Assembly: GCA_964016885.1 (NCBI GenBank)
Contig: OZ024743.1
Coordinates: 51,398,001-51,462,000 of the forward strand
Origin: Eledone cirrhosa
Taxonomy: Eukaryota
Direction: 5' to 3'
DNA length: 64,000 nt
Positions 15,001-30,000 of this stretch are shown here, piece after piece (within the stretch, counting starts at the first letter, position 1; every line of letters begins with the position of its first letter). The notes beneath the pieces are model-generated. The model was not told the origin of the DNA, searched no databases, and saw only the letters and a list, made by a program, of their open reading frames with translations. The translations under genes were made by a program, and so were the position numbers.

Positions 15001-18000
15001 GTGTCTGATAAATGGCAACAATTGAAAGCCAGTCAATAAGCCAACCCCCTATTGTGTCTGATAAATGGGAACAATTGAAAGCCAGTCTATAAGCCAACCC
15101 CCTATTGTGTCTTATAAATGGCAAAAATAGAAAGCCAGTCTATAAGCCAACTCCCTATTGTGTCTGATAAATGGGAACAATTGAAAGCCAGTCTATAAGC
15201 CAACCCCCTATTGTGTCTGATAAATGGCAACAATTGAAAGCCAGTCTATAAGCCAACCCCCTATTGTGTCTGATAAATGGCAACAATTGAAAGCCAGTCA
15301 ATAAGCCAACCCCCTATTGTGTCTGATAAATGGGAACAATTGAAAGCCAGTCTATAAGCCAACCCCCTATTGTGCCTGATAAATGGCAACAATTGAAAGC
15401 CAGTCTATAAGCCAACCCCCTATTGTGTCTGATAAATGGGAACAATTGAAAGCCAGTCTATAAGCCAACCCCCTATTGTGCCTGATAAATGGCAACAATT
15501 GAAAGCCAGTCTATAAGCCAACCCCCTATTGTGTCTGATAAATGGGAACAATTGAAAGCCAGTCTATAAGCCAACCCCCTATTGTGCCTGATAAATGGCA
15601 ACAATTGAAAGCCAGTCTATAAGCCAACCCCCTATTGTGTCTGATAAATGGGAACAATTGAAAGCCAGTCTATAAGCCAAACCCCTATTGTGTCTGATAA
15701 ATGGGAACAATTGAAAGCCAGTCTATAAGCCAACCCCCTATTGTCTGATAAATGGGAACAATTGAAAGCCAGTCTATAAGCCAACCCCCTATTGTGTCTG
15801 ATAAATGGGAAGAATTGAAAGCCAGTCTATAAGCCAACCCCCTATTGTCTGATAAATGGGAACAATTGAAAGCCAGTCTATAAGCCAACCCCCTATTGTC
15901 TGATAAATGGGAACAATTGAAAGCCAGTCTATAAGCCAACCCCCTATTGTGTCTGATAAATGGGAACAATTGAAAGCCAGTCTATAAGCCAACCCCCTAT
16001 TGTCTGATAAATGGGAACAATTGAAAGCCAGTCTATAAGCCAACCCCCTATTGTGTCTGATAAATGGGAAGAATTGAAAGCCAGTCTATAAACCAACCCC
16101 TATTGTGTCTGATAAATGGGAACAATTGAAAGCCAGTCTATAAGCCAACCCCCTATTGTGTCTGATAAATGGCAACAATTGAAAGCCAGTCTATAAGCCA
16201 ACCCCCTATTGTGTCTGATAAATGGCAACAATTGAAAGCCAGTCTATAAGCCAACCCCCTATTGTGTCTGATAAATGGCAACAATTGAAAGCCAGTCTAT
16301 AAGCCAACCCCCTATTGTGTCTGATAAATGGGAACAATTGAAAGCCAGTCTATAAGCCAACCCCCTATTGTGTCTGATAAATGGCAACAATTGAAAGCCA
16401 GTCTATAAGCCAACTCCCTATTGTGTCTGATAAATGGCAACAATTGAAAGCTAGTCTATAAGCCAACCCCCTATTGTGTCTGATAAATGTCCACAATTGA
16501 AAGCCAGTCTATAAGCCAACCCCCTATTGTGTCTGATAAATGGGAACAATTGAAAGCCAGTCTATAAGCCAACCCCCTATTGTGTCTGATAAATGGCAAC
16601 AATTGAAAGCCAGTCTATAAGCCAACCCCCTATTGTGTCTGATAAATGGGAACAATTGAAAGCCAGTCTATAAGCCAACCCCCTATTGTGTCTGATAAAT
16701 GGGAACAATTGAAAGCCAGTCTATAAGCCAACCCGCTATTGTGTCTGATAAATGGCAACAATTGAAAGCCAGTCTATAAGCCAAACCCCTATTGTGTCTG
16801 ATAAATGGCAACAATTGAAAGCCAGTCTATAAGCCAACTCCCTATTGTGTCTGATAAATGGCAACAATTGAAAGCCAGTCTATAAGCCAACCCCCTATTG
16901 TGTCTGATAAATGGCAACAATTGAAAGCCAGTCTATAAGCCAACCCCCTATTGTGTCTGATAAATGGGAACAATTGAAAGCCAGTCTATAAGCCAACCCC
17001 CTATTGTGTCTGATAAATGGCAACAATTGAAAGCCAGTCTATAAGCCAACCCCCTATTGTGTCTGATAAATGGCAACAATTGAAAGCCAGTCTATAAGCC
17101 AACCCCCTATTGTCTGATAAATGGGAACAATTGAAAGCCAGTCTATAAGCCAACCCCCTATTGTGTCTGATAAATGGCAACAATTGAAAGCCAGTCTATA
17201 AGCCAACCCCCTATTGTGTCTGATAAATGGCAACAATTGAAAGCCAGTCTATAAGCCAACCCCCTATTGTGTCTGATAAATGGGAACAATTGAAAGCCAG
17301 TCTATAAGCCAACCCTCTATTGTGTCTGATAAATGGGAACAATTGAAAGCCAGTCTATAAGCCAACCCCCTATTGTGTCTGATAAATGGGAACAATTGAA
17401 AGCCAGTCTATAAGCCAACCCCCTATTGTGTCTGATAAATGGCAACAATTGAAAGCCAGTCTATAAGCGAACCCCCTATTGTGTCTGATAAATGGCAACA
17501 ATTGAAAGCCAGACTATAAGCCAACGCCCTATTGTGTCTGATAAATGGCAACAATTGAAAGCCAGTCTATAAGCCAACCCCCTATTGTGTCTGATAAATG
17601 GCGACAATTGAAAGCCAGTCTATAAGCCAACCCCCTATTGTGTCTGATAAATGGCAACAATTGAAAGCCAGTCTATAAGCCAACCCCCTATTGTGTCTGA
17701 TAAATGGGAACAATTGAAAGCCAGTCTATAAGCCAACCCCCTATTGTGTCTGATAAATAGCAACAATTGAAAGCCAGTCTATAAGCCAACCCCCTATTGT
17801 GTCTGATAAATAGCAACAATTGAAAGCCAGTCTATAAGCCAACTCCTTATTGTGTCTGATAAATGGCAACAATTGAAAGCCAGTCTATAAGCCAACCCCC
17901 TATTGTGTCTGATAAATGGGAACAATTGAAAGCCAGTCTATAAGCCAACCCCCTATTGTGTCTGATAAATGGGAACAATTGAAAGCCAGTCTATAAGCCA

Positions 18001-21000
18001 ACCCCCTATTGTGTCTGATAAATGGGAACAATTGAAAGCCAGTCTATAAGCCAACCCCCTATTGTGTCTGATAAATGGGAACAATTGAAAGCCAGTCTAT
18101 AAGCCAACCCCTATTGTGTCTGATAAATGGGAACAATTGAAAGCCAGTCTATAAGCCAACCCCCTATTGTGTCTGATAAATGGCAACAATTGAAAGCCAG
18201 TCTATAAGCCAACTCCCTATTGTGTCTGATAAATGGGAACAATTGAAAGCCAGTCTATAAGCCAACCCCCTATTGTGTCTGATAAATGGGAACAATTGAA
18301 AGCCAGTCTATAAGCCAACCCCCTATTGTGTCTGATAAATGGGAACCATTGAAAGCCAGTCTATAAGCCAACCCCTATTGTGTCTGATAAATGGGAACAA
18401 TTGAAAGCCAGTCTATAAGCCAACCCCCTATTGTGTCTGATAAATGGCAACAATTGAAAGCCAGTCTATAAGCCAACTCCCTATTGTGTCTGATAAATGG
18501 GAACAATTGAAAGCCAGTCTATAAGCCAACCCCCTATTGTGTCTTATAAATGGCAAAAATTGAAAGCCAGTCTATAAGCCAACTCCCTATTGTGTCTGAT
18601 AAATGGGAACAATTGAAAGCCAGTCTATAAGCCAACCCCCTATTGTGCCTGATAAATGGCAACAATTGAAAGCCAGTCTATAAGCCAACCCCCTATTGTG
18701 TCTGATAAATGGGAACAATTGAAAGCCAGTCTATAAGCCAAACCCCTATTGTGTCTGATAAATGGGAACAATTGAAAGCCAGTCTATAAGCCAACCCCCT
18801 ATTGTCTGATAAATGGGAACAATTGAAAGCCAGTCTATAAGCCAACCCCCTATTGTGTCTGATAAATGGGAAGAATTGAAAGCCAGTCTATAAGCCAACC
18901 CCCTATTGTCTGATAAATGGGAACAATTGAAAGCCAGTCTATAAGCCAACCCCCTATTGTGTCTGATAAATGGGAAGAATTGAAAGCCAGTCTATAAACC
19001 AACCCCTATTGTGTCTGATAAATGGGAACAATTGAAAGCCAGTCTATAAGCCAACCCCCTATTGTGTCTGATAAATGGCAACAATTGAAAGCCAGTCTAT
19101 AAGCCAACCCCCTATTGTGTCTGATAAATGGCAACAATTGAAAGCCAGTCTATAAGCCAACCCCCTATTGTGTCTGATAAATGGCAACAATTGAAAGCCA
19201 GTCTATAAGCCAACCCCCTATTGTGTCTGATAAATGGGAACAATTGAAAGCCAGTCTATAAGCCAACCCCCTATTGTGTCTGATAAATGGCAACAATTGA
19301 AAGCCAGTCTATAAGCCAACCCCCTATTGTGACTGATAAATGGCAACAATTGAAAGCCAGTCTATAAGCCAACCCCCTATTGTGTCTGATAAATGGCAAC
19401 CATTGAAAGCCAGTCTATAAGCCAACCCCCTATTGTGTCTGATAAAGGGCAACAATTGAAAGCCAGTCTATAAGCCAACTCCCTATTGTGTCTGATAAAT
19501 GGCAACAATTGAAAGCCAGTCTATAAGCCAAACCCCTATTGTGTCTGATAAATGGGAACAATTGAAAGCCAGTCTATAAGCCAACCCCCTATTGTGTCTG
19601 ATAAATGGGAACAATTGAAAGCCAGTCTATAAGCCAACCCCCTATTGTGTCTGATAAATAGAGACAATTGAAAGCCAGTCTATAAGCCAACTCCCTATTA
19701 TGTCTGATAAATGGGAACAATTGAAAGCCAGTCTATAAGCCAACCCCCTATTGTGTCTGATAAATGGCAACAATTGAAAGCCTGTCTATAAGCCAACCCC
19801 CTATTGTGTTTGATAAATGGCAACAATTGAAAGCCAGTCTATAAGCCAACTCCCTATTGTGTCTGATAAATGGCAACAATTGAAAGCCAGTCTATAAGCC
19901 AACCCCCTATTGTGTCTGATAAATGGCAACAATTGAAAGCCAGTCTATAAGCCAACTCCCTATTGTGTCTGATAAATGGCAACAATTGAAAGCCAGTCTA
20001 TAAGCCAACCCCCTATTGTGTCTGATAAATGGCAACAATTGAAAGCCAGTCTATAAGCCAACCCCCTATTGTCTGATAAATGGGAACAATTGAAAGCCAG
20101 TCTATAAGCCAACCCCCTATTGTGTCTGATAAATGGGAACAATTGAAAGCCAGTCTATAAGCCAACCCCCTATTGTGTCTGATAAATGGGAACAATTGAA
20201 AGCCAGTCTATAAGCCAACCCCTATTGTGTCTGATAAATGGGAACAATTGAAAGCCAGTCTATAAGCCAACCCCCTATTGTGTCTGATAAATGGCAACAA
20301 TTGAAAGCCAGTCTATAAGCCAACTCCCTATTGTGTCTGATAAATGGGAACAATTGAAAGCCAGTCTATAAGCCAACCCCCTATTGTGTCTGATAAATGG
20401 CAACAATTGAAAGCCAGTCTATAAGCCAACCCCCTATTGTGTCTGATAAATGGCAACAATTGAAAGCCAGTCTATAAGCCAACCCCTATTGTGTCTGATA
20501 AATGGGAACAATTGAAAGCCAGTCTATAAGCCAACCCCCTATTGTGTCTGATAAATGGCAACAATTGAAAGCCAGTCTATAAGCCAACTCCCTATTGTGT
20601 CTGATAAATGGGAACAATTGAAAGCCAGTCTATAAGCCAACCCCCTATTGTGTCTGATAAATGGCAACAATTGAAAGCCAGTCTATAAGCGAACCCCCTA
20701 TTGTGTCTGATAAATGGCAACAATTGAAAGCCAGTCTATAAGCCAACCCCCTATTGTGTCTGATAAATGGGAACAATTGAAAGCCAGTCTATAAGCCAAC
20801 CCCCTATTGTCTGATAACTGGGAACAATTGAAAGCCAGTCTATAAGCCAATCCCCTATTGTGTCTGATAAATGGGAAGAATTGAAAGCCAGTCTATAAAC
20901 CAACTCCCTATTGTGTCTGATAAATGGCAACAATTGAAAGCCAGTCTATAAGCCAACCCCCTATTGTGTCTGATAAATGGGAACAATTGAAAGCCAGTCT

Positions 21001-24000
21001 ATAAGCCAACCCCCTATTGTGTCTGATAAATGGGAACAATTGAAAGCCAGTCTATAAGCCAACCCCCTATTGTGTCTGATAAATGGCAACAATTGAAAGC
21101 CAGTCTATAAGCCAACCCCCTATTGTGTCTGATAAATGGCAACAATTGAAAGCCAGTCTATAAGCCAACCCCCTATTGTGTCTGATAAATGGCAACCATT
21201 GAAAGCCAGTCTATAAGCCAACCCCCTATTGTGTCTGATAAAGGGCAACAATTGAAAGCCAGTCTATAAGCCAACTCCCTATTGTGTCTGATAAATGGCA
21301 ACAATTGAAAGCCAGTCTATAAGCCAAACCCCTATTGTGTCTGATAAATGGGAACAATTGAAAGCCAGTCTATAAGCCAACCCCCTATTGTGTCTGATAA
21401 ATGGGAACAATTGAAAGCCAGTCTATAAGCCAACCCCCTATTGTGTCTGATAAATAGAGACAATTGAAAGCCAGTCTATAAGCCAACTCCCTATTATGTC
21501 TGATAAATGGGAACAATTGAAAGCCAGTCTATAAGCCAACCCCCTATTGTGTCTGATAAATGGCAACAATTGAAAGCCTGTCTATAAGCCAACCCCCTAT
21601 TGTGTTTGATAAATGGCAACAATTGAAAGCCAGTCTATAAGCCAACTCCCTATTGTGTCTGATAAATGGCAACAATTGAAAGCCAGTCTATAAGCCAACC
21701 CCCTATTGTGTCTGATAAATGGCAACAATTGAAAGCCAGTCTATAAGCCAACTCCCTATTGTGTCTGATAAATGGCAACAATTGAAAGCCAGTCTATAAG
21801 CCAACCCCCTATTGTGTCTGATAAATGGCAACAATTGAAAGCCAGTCTATAAGCCAACCCCCTATTGTCTGATAAATGGGAACAATTGAAAGCCAGTCTA
21901 TAAGCCAACCCCCTATTGTGTCTGATAAATGGGAACAATTGAAAGCCAGTCTATAAGCCAACCCCCTATTGTGTCTGATAAATGGGAACAATTGAAAGCC
22001 AGTCTATAAGCCAACCCCTATTGTGTCTGATAAATGGGAACAATTGAAAGCCAGTCTATAAGCCAACCCCCTATTGTGTCTGATAAATGGCAACAATTGA
22101 AAGCCAGTCTATAAGCCAACTCCCTATTGTGTCTGATAAATGGGAACAATTGAAAGCCAGTCTATAAGCCAACCCCCTATTGTGTCTGATAAATGGCAAC
22201 AATTGAAAGCCAGTCTATAAGCCAACCCCCTATTGTGTCTGATAAATGGCAACAATTGAAAGCCAGTCTATAAGCCAACCCCTATTGTGTCTGATAAATG
22301 GGAACAATTGAAAGCCAGTCTATAAGCCAACCCCCTATTGTGTCTGATAAATGGCAACAATTGAAAGCCAGTCTATAAGCCAACTCCCTATTGTGTCTGA
22401 TAAATGGGAACAATTGAAAGCCAGTCTATAAGCCAACCCCCTATTGTGTCTGATAAATGGCAACAATTGAAAGCCAGTCTATAAGCGAACCCCCTATTGT
22501 GTCTGATAAATGGCAACAATTGAAAGCCAGTCTATAAGCCAACCCCCTATTGTGTCTGATAAATGGGAACAATTGAAAGCCAGTCTATAAGCCAACCCCC
22601 TATTGTCTGATAACTGGGAACAATTGAAAGCCAGTCTATAAGCCAATCCCCTATTGTGTCTGATAAATGGGAAGAATTGAAAGCCAGTCTATAAACCAAC
22701 TCCCTATTGTGTCTGATAAATGGCAACAATTGAAAGCCAGTCTATAAGCCAACCCCCTATTGTGTCTGATAAATGGGAACAATTGAAAGCCAGTCTATAA
22801 GCCAACCCCCTATTGTGTCTGATAAATGGGAACAATTGAAAGCCAGTCTATAAGCCAACCCCCTATTGTGTCTGATAAATGGCAACAATTGAAAGCCAGT
22901 CTATAAGCCAACCCCCTATTGTGTCTGATAAATGGCAACAATTGAAAGCCAGTCTATAAGCCAACCCCCTATTGTCTGATAAATGGGAACAATTGAAAGC
23001 CAGTCTATAAGCCAACCCCCTATTGTGTCTGATAAATGGGAACAATTGAAAGCCAGTCTATAAGCCAACCCCCTATTGTGTCTGATAAATGGGAACAATT
23101 GAAAGCCAGTCTATAAGCCAACCCCCTATTGTGTCTGATAAATAGCAACAATTGAAAGCCAGTCTATAAGCCAATCCCCTATTGTGTCTGATAAATGGGA
23201 ACAATTGAAAGCCAGTCTATAAGCCAACCCCTATTGTGTCTGATAAATGGGAACAATTGAAAGCCAGTCTATAAGCCAACCCCCTATTGTGTCTGATAAA
23301 TGGCAACAATTGAAAGCCAGTCTATAAGCCAACTCCCTATTGTGTCCGATAAATGGGAACAATTAAAAGCCAGTCTATAAGCCAACCCCCTATTGTCTGA
23401 TAAATGGCAACAATTGAAAGCCAGTCTATAAGCCAACCCCCTATTGTGTCTGATAAATGGGAACAATTGAAAGCCAGTCTATAAGCCAAACCCCTATTGT
23501 GTCTGATAAATGGGAACAATTGAAAGCCAGGCTATAAGCCAACCCCCTATTGTCTGATAAATGGGAACAATTGAAAGCCAGTCTATAAGCCAACCCCCTA
23601 TTGTGTCTGATAAATGGGAAGGATTGAAAGCCAGTCTATAAGCCAACCCCCTATTGTGTCTGTTAAATGGCAACAATTGAAAGCCAGTCTATAAGCCAAC
23701 CCCCTATTGTGTCTGATAAATGGCAACAATTGAAAGCCAGTCTATAAGCCAACCCCCTATTGTGTCTGATAAATGGGAACAATTGAAAGCCAGTCTATAA
23801 GCCAACCCCCTATTGTGTCTGATAAATGGCAACAATTGAAAGCCAGTCTATAAGCCAACTCCCTATTGTGTCTGATAAATTGCAACAATTGAAAGCCAGT
23901 CTATAAGCCAACCCCCTATTGTGTCTGATAAATGGGAACAATTGAAAGCCAGTCTATAAGCCAACCCCCTATTGTGTCTGATAAATGGGAACAATTGAAA

Positions 24001-27000
24001 GCCAGTCTATAAGCCAACCCCCTATTGTGTCTGATAAATGGCAACAATTGAAAGCCAGTCTATAAGCCAACTCCCTATTGTGTCTGATAAATGGCAACAT
24101 TTGAAAGCCAGTCTATAAGCCAACCCCCTATTGTGTCTGATAAATGGCAACAATTGAAAGCCAGTCTATAAGCCAACCCCCTATTGTGTCTGATAAATGG
24201 GAACAATTGAAAGCCAGTCTATAAGCCAACCCCTATTGTGTCTGATAAATGGGAACAATTGAAAGCCAGTCTATAAGCCAACCCCCTATTGTGTCTGATA
24301 AATGACAACAATTGAAAGCCAGTCTATAAGCCAACTCCCTATTGTGTCTGATAAATGGGAACAATTGAAAGCCAGTCTATAAGCCAACCCCCTATTGTGT
24401 CTGATAAATGGGAACAATTGAAAGCCAGTCTATAAGCCAACCCCCTATTGTGTCTGATAAATGGGAACAATTGAAAGCCAGTCTATAAGCCAAACCCCTA
24501 TTGTGTCTGATAAATGGCAACAATTGAAAGCCAGTCTATAAGCCAACCACTTATTGTGTCTGATAAATGGGAACAATTGAAAGCCAGTCTATAAGCCAAC
24601 CCCCTATTGTCTGATAAATGGGAACAATTGAAAGCCAGTCTATAAGCCAATCCCCTATTGTGTCTGATAAATGGGAAGAATTGAAAGCCAGTTTATAAGC
24701 CAACCCCTATTGTGTCTGATAAATGGGAACAATTGAAAGCCAATCTATAAGCCAACCCCCTATTGTGTCTGATAAATGGCAACAATTGAAAGCCAGTCTA
24801 TAAGCCAACCCCCTATTGTGTCTGATAAATGGCAACAATTGAAAGCCAGTCTATAAGCCAACCCCCTATTGTGTCTGATAAATGGCAACAATTGAAAGCC
24901 AGTCAATAAGCCAACCCCCTATTGTGTCTGATAAATGGGAACAATTGAAAGCCAGTCTATAAGCCAACCCCCTATTGTGTCTTATAAATGGCAAAAATAG
25001 AAAGCCAGTCTATAAGCCAACTCCCTATTGTGTCTGATAAATGGGAACAATTGAAAGCCAGTCTATAAGCCAACCCCCTATTGTGTCTGATAAATGGCAA
25101 CAATTGAAAGCCAGTCTATAAGCCAACCCCCTATTGTGTCTGATAAATGGCAACAATTGAAAGCCAGTCAATAAGCCAACCCCCTATTGTGTCTGATAAA
25201 TGGGAACAATTGAAAGCCAGTCTATAAGCCAACCCCCTATTGTGCCTGATAAATGGCAACAATTGAAAGCCAGTCTATAAGCCAACCCCCTATTGTGTCT
25301 GATAAATGGGAACAATTGAAAGCCAGTCTATAAGCCAACCCCCTATTGTGCCTGATAAATGGCAACAATTGAAAGCCAGTCTATAAGCCAACCCCCTATT
25401 GTGTCTGATAAATGGGAACAATTGAAAGCCAGTCTATAAGCCAACCCCCTATTGTGCCTGATAAATGGCAACAATTGAAAGCCAGTCTATAAGCCAACCC
25501 CCTATTGTGTCTGATAAATGGGAACAATTGAAAGCCAGTCTATAAGCCAAACCCCTATTGTGTCTGATAAATGGGAACAATTGAAAGCCAGTCTATAAGC
25601 CAACCCCCTATTGTCTGATAAATGGGAACAATTGAAAGCCAGTCTATAAGCCAACCCCCTATTGTGTCTGATAAATGGGAAGAATTGAAAGCCAGTCTAT
25701 AAGCCAACCCCCTATTGTCTGATAAATGGGAACAATTGAAAGCCAGTCTATAAGCCAACCCCCTATTGTCTGATAAATGGGAACAATTGAAAGCCAGTCT
25801 ATAAGCCAACCCCCTATTGTGTCTGATAAATGGGAACAATTGAAAGCCAGTCTATAAGCCAACCCCCTATTGTCTGATAAATGGGAACAATTGAAAGCCA
25901 GTCTATAAGCCAACCCCCTATTGTGTCTGATAAATGGGAAGAATTGAAAGCCAGTCTATAAACCAACCCCTATTGTGTCTGATAAATGGGAACAATTGAA
26001 AGCCAGTCTATAAGCCAACCCCCTATTGTGTCTGATAAATGGCAACAATTGAAAGCCAGTCTATAAGCCAACCCCCTATTGTGTCTGATAAATGGCAACA
26101 ATTGAAAGCCAGTCTATAAGCCAACCCCCTATTGTGTCTGATAAATGGCAACAATTGAAAGCCAGTCTATAAGCCAACCCCCTATTGTGTCTGATAAATG
26201 GGAACAATTGAAAGCCAGTCTATAAGCCAACCCCCTATTGTGTCTGATAAATGGCAACAATTGAAAGCCAGTCTATAAGCCAACTCCCTATTGTGTCTGA
26301 TAAATGGCAACAATTGAAAGCTAGTCTATAAGCCAACCCCCTATTGTGTCTGATAAATGTCCACAATTGAAAGCCAGTCTATAAGCCAACCCCCTATTGT
26401 GTCTGATAAATGGGAACAATTGAAAGCCAGTCTATAAGCCAACCCCCTATTGTGTCTGATAAATGGCAACAATTGAAAGCCAGTCTATAAGCCAACCCCC
26501 TATTGTGTCTGATAAATGGGAACAATTGAAAGCCAGTCTATAAGCCAACCCCCTATTGTGTCTGATAAATGGGAACAATTGAAAGCCAGTCTATAAGCCA
26601 ACCCGCTATTGTGTCTGATAAATGGCAACAATTGAAAGCCAGTCTATAAGCCAAACCCCTATTGTGTCTGATAAATGGCAACAATTGAAAGCCAGTCTAT
26701 AAGCCAACTCCCTATTGTGTCTGATAAATGGCAACAATTGAAAGCCAGTCTATAAGCCAACCCCCTATTGTGTCTGATAAATGGCAACAATTGAAAGCCA
26801 GTCTATAAGCCAACCCCCTATTGTGTCTGATAAATGGGAACAATTGAAAGCCAGTCTATAAGCCAACCCCCTATTGTGTCTGATAAATGGCAACAATTGA
26901 AAGCCAGTCTATAAGCCAACCCCCTATTGTGTCTGATAAATGGCAACAATTGAAAGCCAGTCTATAAGCCAACCCCCTATTGTCTGATAAATGGGAACAA

Positions 27001-30000
27001 TTGAAAGCCAGTCTATAAGCCAACCCCCTATTGTGTCTGATAAATGGCAACAATTGAAAGCCAGTCTATAAGCCAACCCCCTATTGTGTCTGATAAATGG
27101 CAACAATTGAAAGCCAGTCTATAAGCCAACCCCCTATTGTGTCTGATAAATGGGAACAATTGAAAGCCAGTCTATAAGCCAACCCTCTATTGTGTCTGAT
27201 AAATGGGAACAATTGAAAGCCAGTCTATAAGCCAACCCCCTATTGTGTCTGATAAATGGGAACAATTGAAAGCCAGTCTATAAGCCAACCCCCTATTGTG
27301 TCTGATAAATGGCAACAATTGAAAGCCAGTCTATAAGCGAACCCCCTATTGTGTCTGATAAATGGCAACAATTGAAAGCCAGACTATAAGCCAACGCCCT
27401 ATTGTGTCTGATAAATGGCAACAATTGAAAGCCAGTCTATAAGCCAACCCCCTATTGTGTCTGATAAATGGCGACAATTGAAAGCCAGTCTATAAGCCAA
27501 CCCCCTATTGTGTCTGATAAATGGCAACAATTGAAAGCCAGTCTATAAGCCAACCCCCTATTGTGTCTGATAAATGGGAACAATTGAAAGCCAGTCTATA
27601 AGCCAACCCCCTATTGTGTCTGATAAATAGCAACAATTGAAAGCCAGTCTATAAGCCAACCCCCTATTGTGTCTGATAAATAGCAACAATTGAAAGCCAG
27701 TCTATAAGCCAACTCCTTATTGTGTCTGATAAATGGCAACAATTGAAAGCCAGTCTATAAGCCAACCCCCTATTGTGTCTGATAAATGGGAACAATTGAA
27801 AGCCAGTCTATAAGCCAACCCCCTATTGTGTCTGATAAATGGGAACAATTGAAAGCCAGTCTATAAGCCAACCCCCTATTGTGTCTGATAAATGGGAACA
27901 ATTGAAAGCCAGTCTATAAGCCAACCCCCTATTGTGTCTGATAAATGGGAACAATTGAAAGCCAGTCTATAAGCCAACCCCCTATTGTGTCTGATAAATG
28001 GGAACAATTGAAAGCCAGTCTATAAGCCAACCCCTATTGTGTCTGATAAATGGGAACAATTGAAAGCCAGTCTATAAGCCAACCCCCTATTGTGTCTGAT
28101 AAATGGCAACAATTGAAAGCCAGTCTATAAGCCAACTCCCTATTGTGTCTGATAAATGGGAACAATTGAAAGCCAGTCTATAAGCCAACCCCCTATTGTG
28201 TCTGATAAATGGGAACAATTGAAAGCCAGTCTATAAGCCAACCCCCTATTGTGTCTGATAAATGGGAACCATTGAAAGCCAGTCTATAAGCCAACCCCTA
28301 TTGTGTCTGATAAATGGGAACAATTGAAAGCCAGTCTATAAGCCAACCCCCTATTGTGTCTGATAAATGGCAACAATTGAAAGCCAGTCTATAAGCCAAC
28401 TCCCTATTGTGTCTGATAAATGGGAACAATTGAAAGCCAGTCTATAAGCCAACCCCCTATTGTGTCTGATAAATGGGAACAATTGAAAGCCAGTCTATAA
28501 GCCAACCCCCTATTGTGTCTGATAAATGGGAACAATTGAAAGCCAGTCTATAAGCCAACCCCCTATTGTGTCTGATAAATGGGAACAATTGAAAGCCAGT
28601 CTATAAGCCAACCCCCTATTGTGTCTGATAAATGGCAACAATTGAAAGCCAGTCTATAAGCCAACTCCCTATTGTGTCTGATAAATGGCAACAATTGAAA
28701 GCCCGTCTATAAGCCAATCCCCTATTGTGTGATAAATGGCAACAATTGAAAGCCAGTCTATAAGCCAACCCCCTATTGTGTCTGATAAATGGGAACAATT
28801 GAAAGCCAGTCTATAAGCCAACCCCCTATTGTGTCTGATAAATGGGAAGAATTGAAAGCCAGTCTATAAGCCAACCCCCTATTGTGTCTGATAAATGGCA
28901 ACAATTGAAAGCCAGTCTATAAGCCAACCCCCTATTGTGTCTGATAAATGGCAACAATTGAAAGCCAGTCTATAAGCCAACCCCCTATTGTGTCTGATAA
29001 ATGGGAACAATTGAAAGCCAGTCTATAAGCCAACCCCCTATTGTGTCTGATAAATGGCAACAATTGAAAGCCAGTCTATAAGCCAACTCCCTATTGTGTC
29101 TGATAAATGGCAACAATTGAAAGCCAGTCTATAAGCCAACCCCCTATTGTGTCTGATAAATGTCAACAATTGAAAGCCAGTCTATAAGCCAACCCCCTAT
29201 TGTGTCTGATAAATGGCAACAATTGAAAGCCAGTCTATAAGCCAACCCCCTATTGTGTCTGATAAATGGGAACAATTGAAAGCCAGTCTATAAGCCAACC
29301 CCCTATTGTGTCTGATAAATGGCAACAATTGAAAGCCAGTCTATAAGCCAACCCCCTATTGTCTGATAAATGGGAACAATTGAAAGCCAGTCTATAAGCC
29401 AACCCCCTATTGTGTCTGATAAATGGCAACAATTGAAAGCCAGTCTATAAGCCAACCCCCTATTGTGTCTGATAAATGGCAACAATTGAAAGCCAGTCTA
29501 TAAGCCAACCCCCTATTGTGTCTGATAAATGGGAACAATTGAAAGCCAGTCTATAAGCCAACCCTCTATTGTGTCTGATAAATGGGAACAATTGAAAGCC
29601 AGTCTATAAGCCAACCCCCTATTGTGTCTGATAAATGGGAACAATTGAAAGCCAGTCTATAAGCCAACCCCCTATTGTGTCTGATAAATGGCAACAATTG
29701 AAAGCCAGTCTATAAGCAAACCCCCTATTGTGTCTGATAAATGGCAACAATTGAAAGCCAGTCTATAAGCCAACGCCCTATTGTGTCTGATAAATGGCAA
29801 CAATTGAAAGCCAGTCTATAAGCCAACCCCCTATTGTGTCTGATAAATGGCGACAATTGAAAGCCAGTCTATAAGCCAACCCCCTATTGTGTCTGATAAA
29901 TGGCAACAATTGAAAGCCAGTCTATAAGCCAACCCCCTATTGTGTCTGATAAATGGGAACAATTGAAAGCCAGTCTATAAGCCAACTCCCTATTGTGTCT

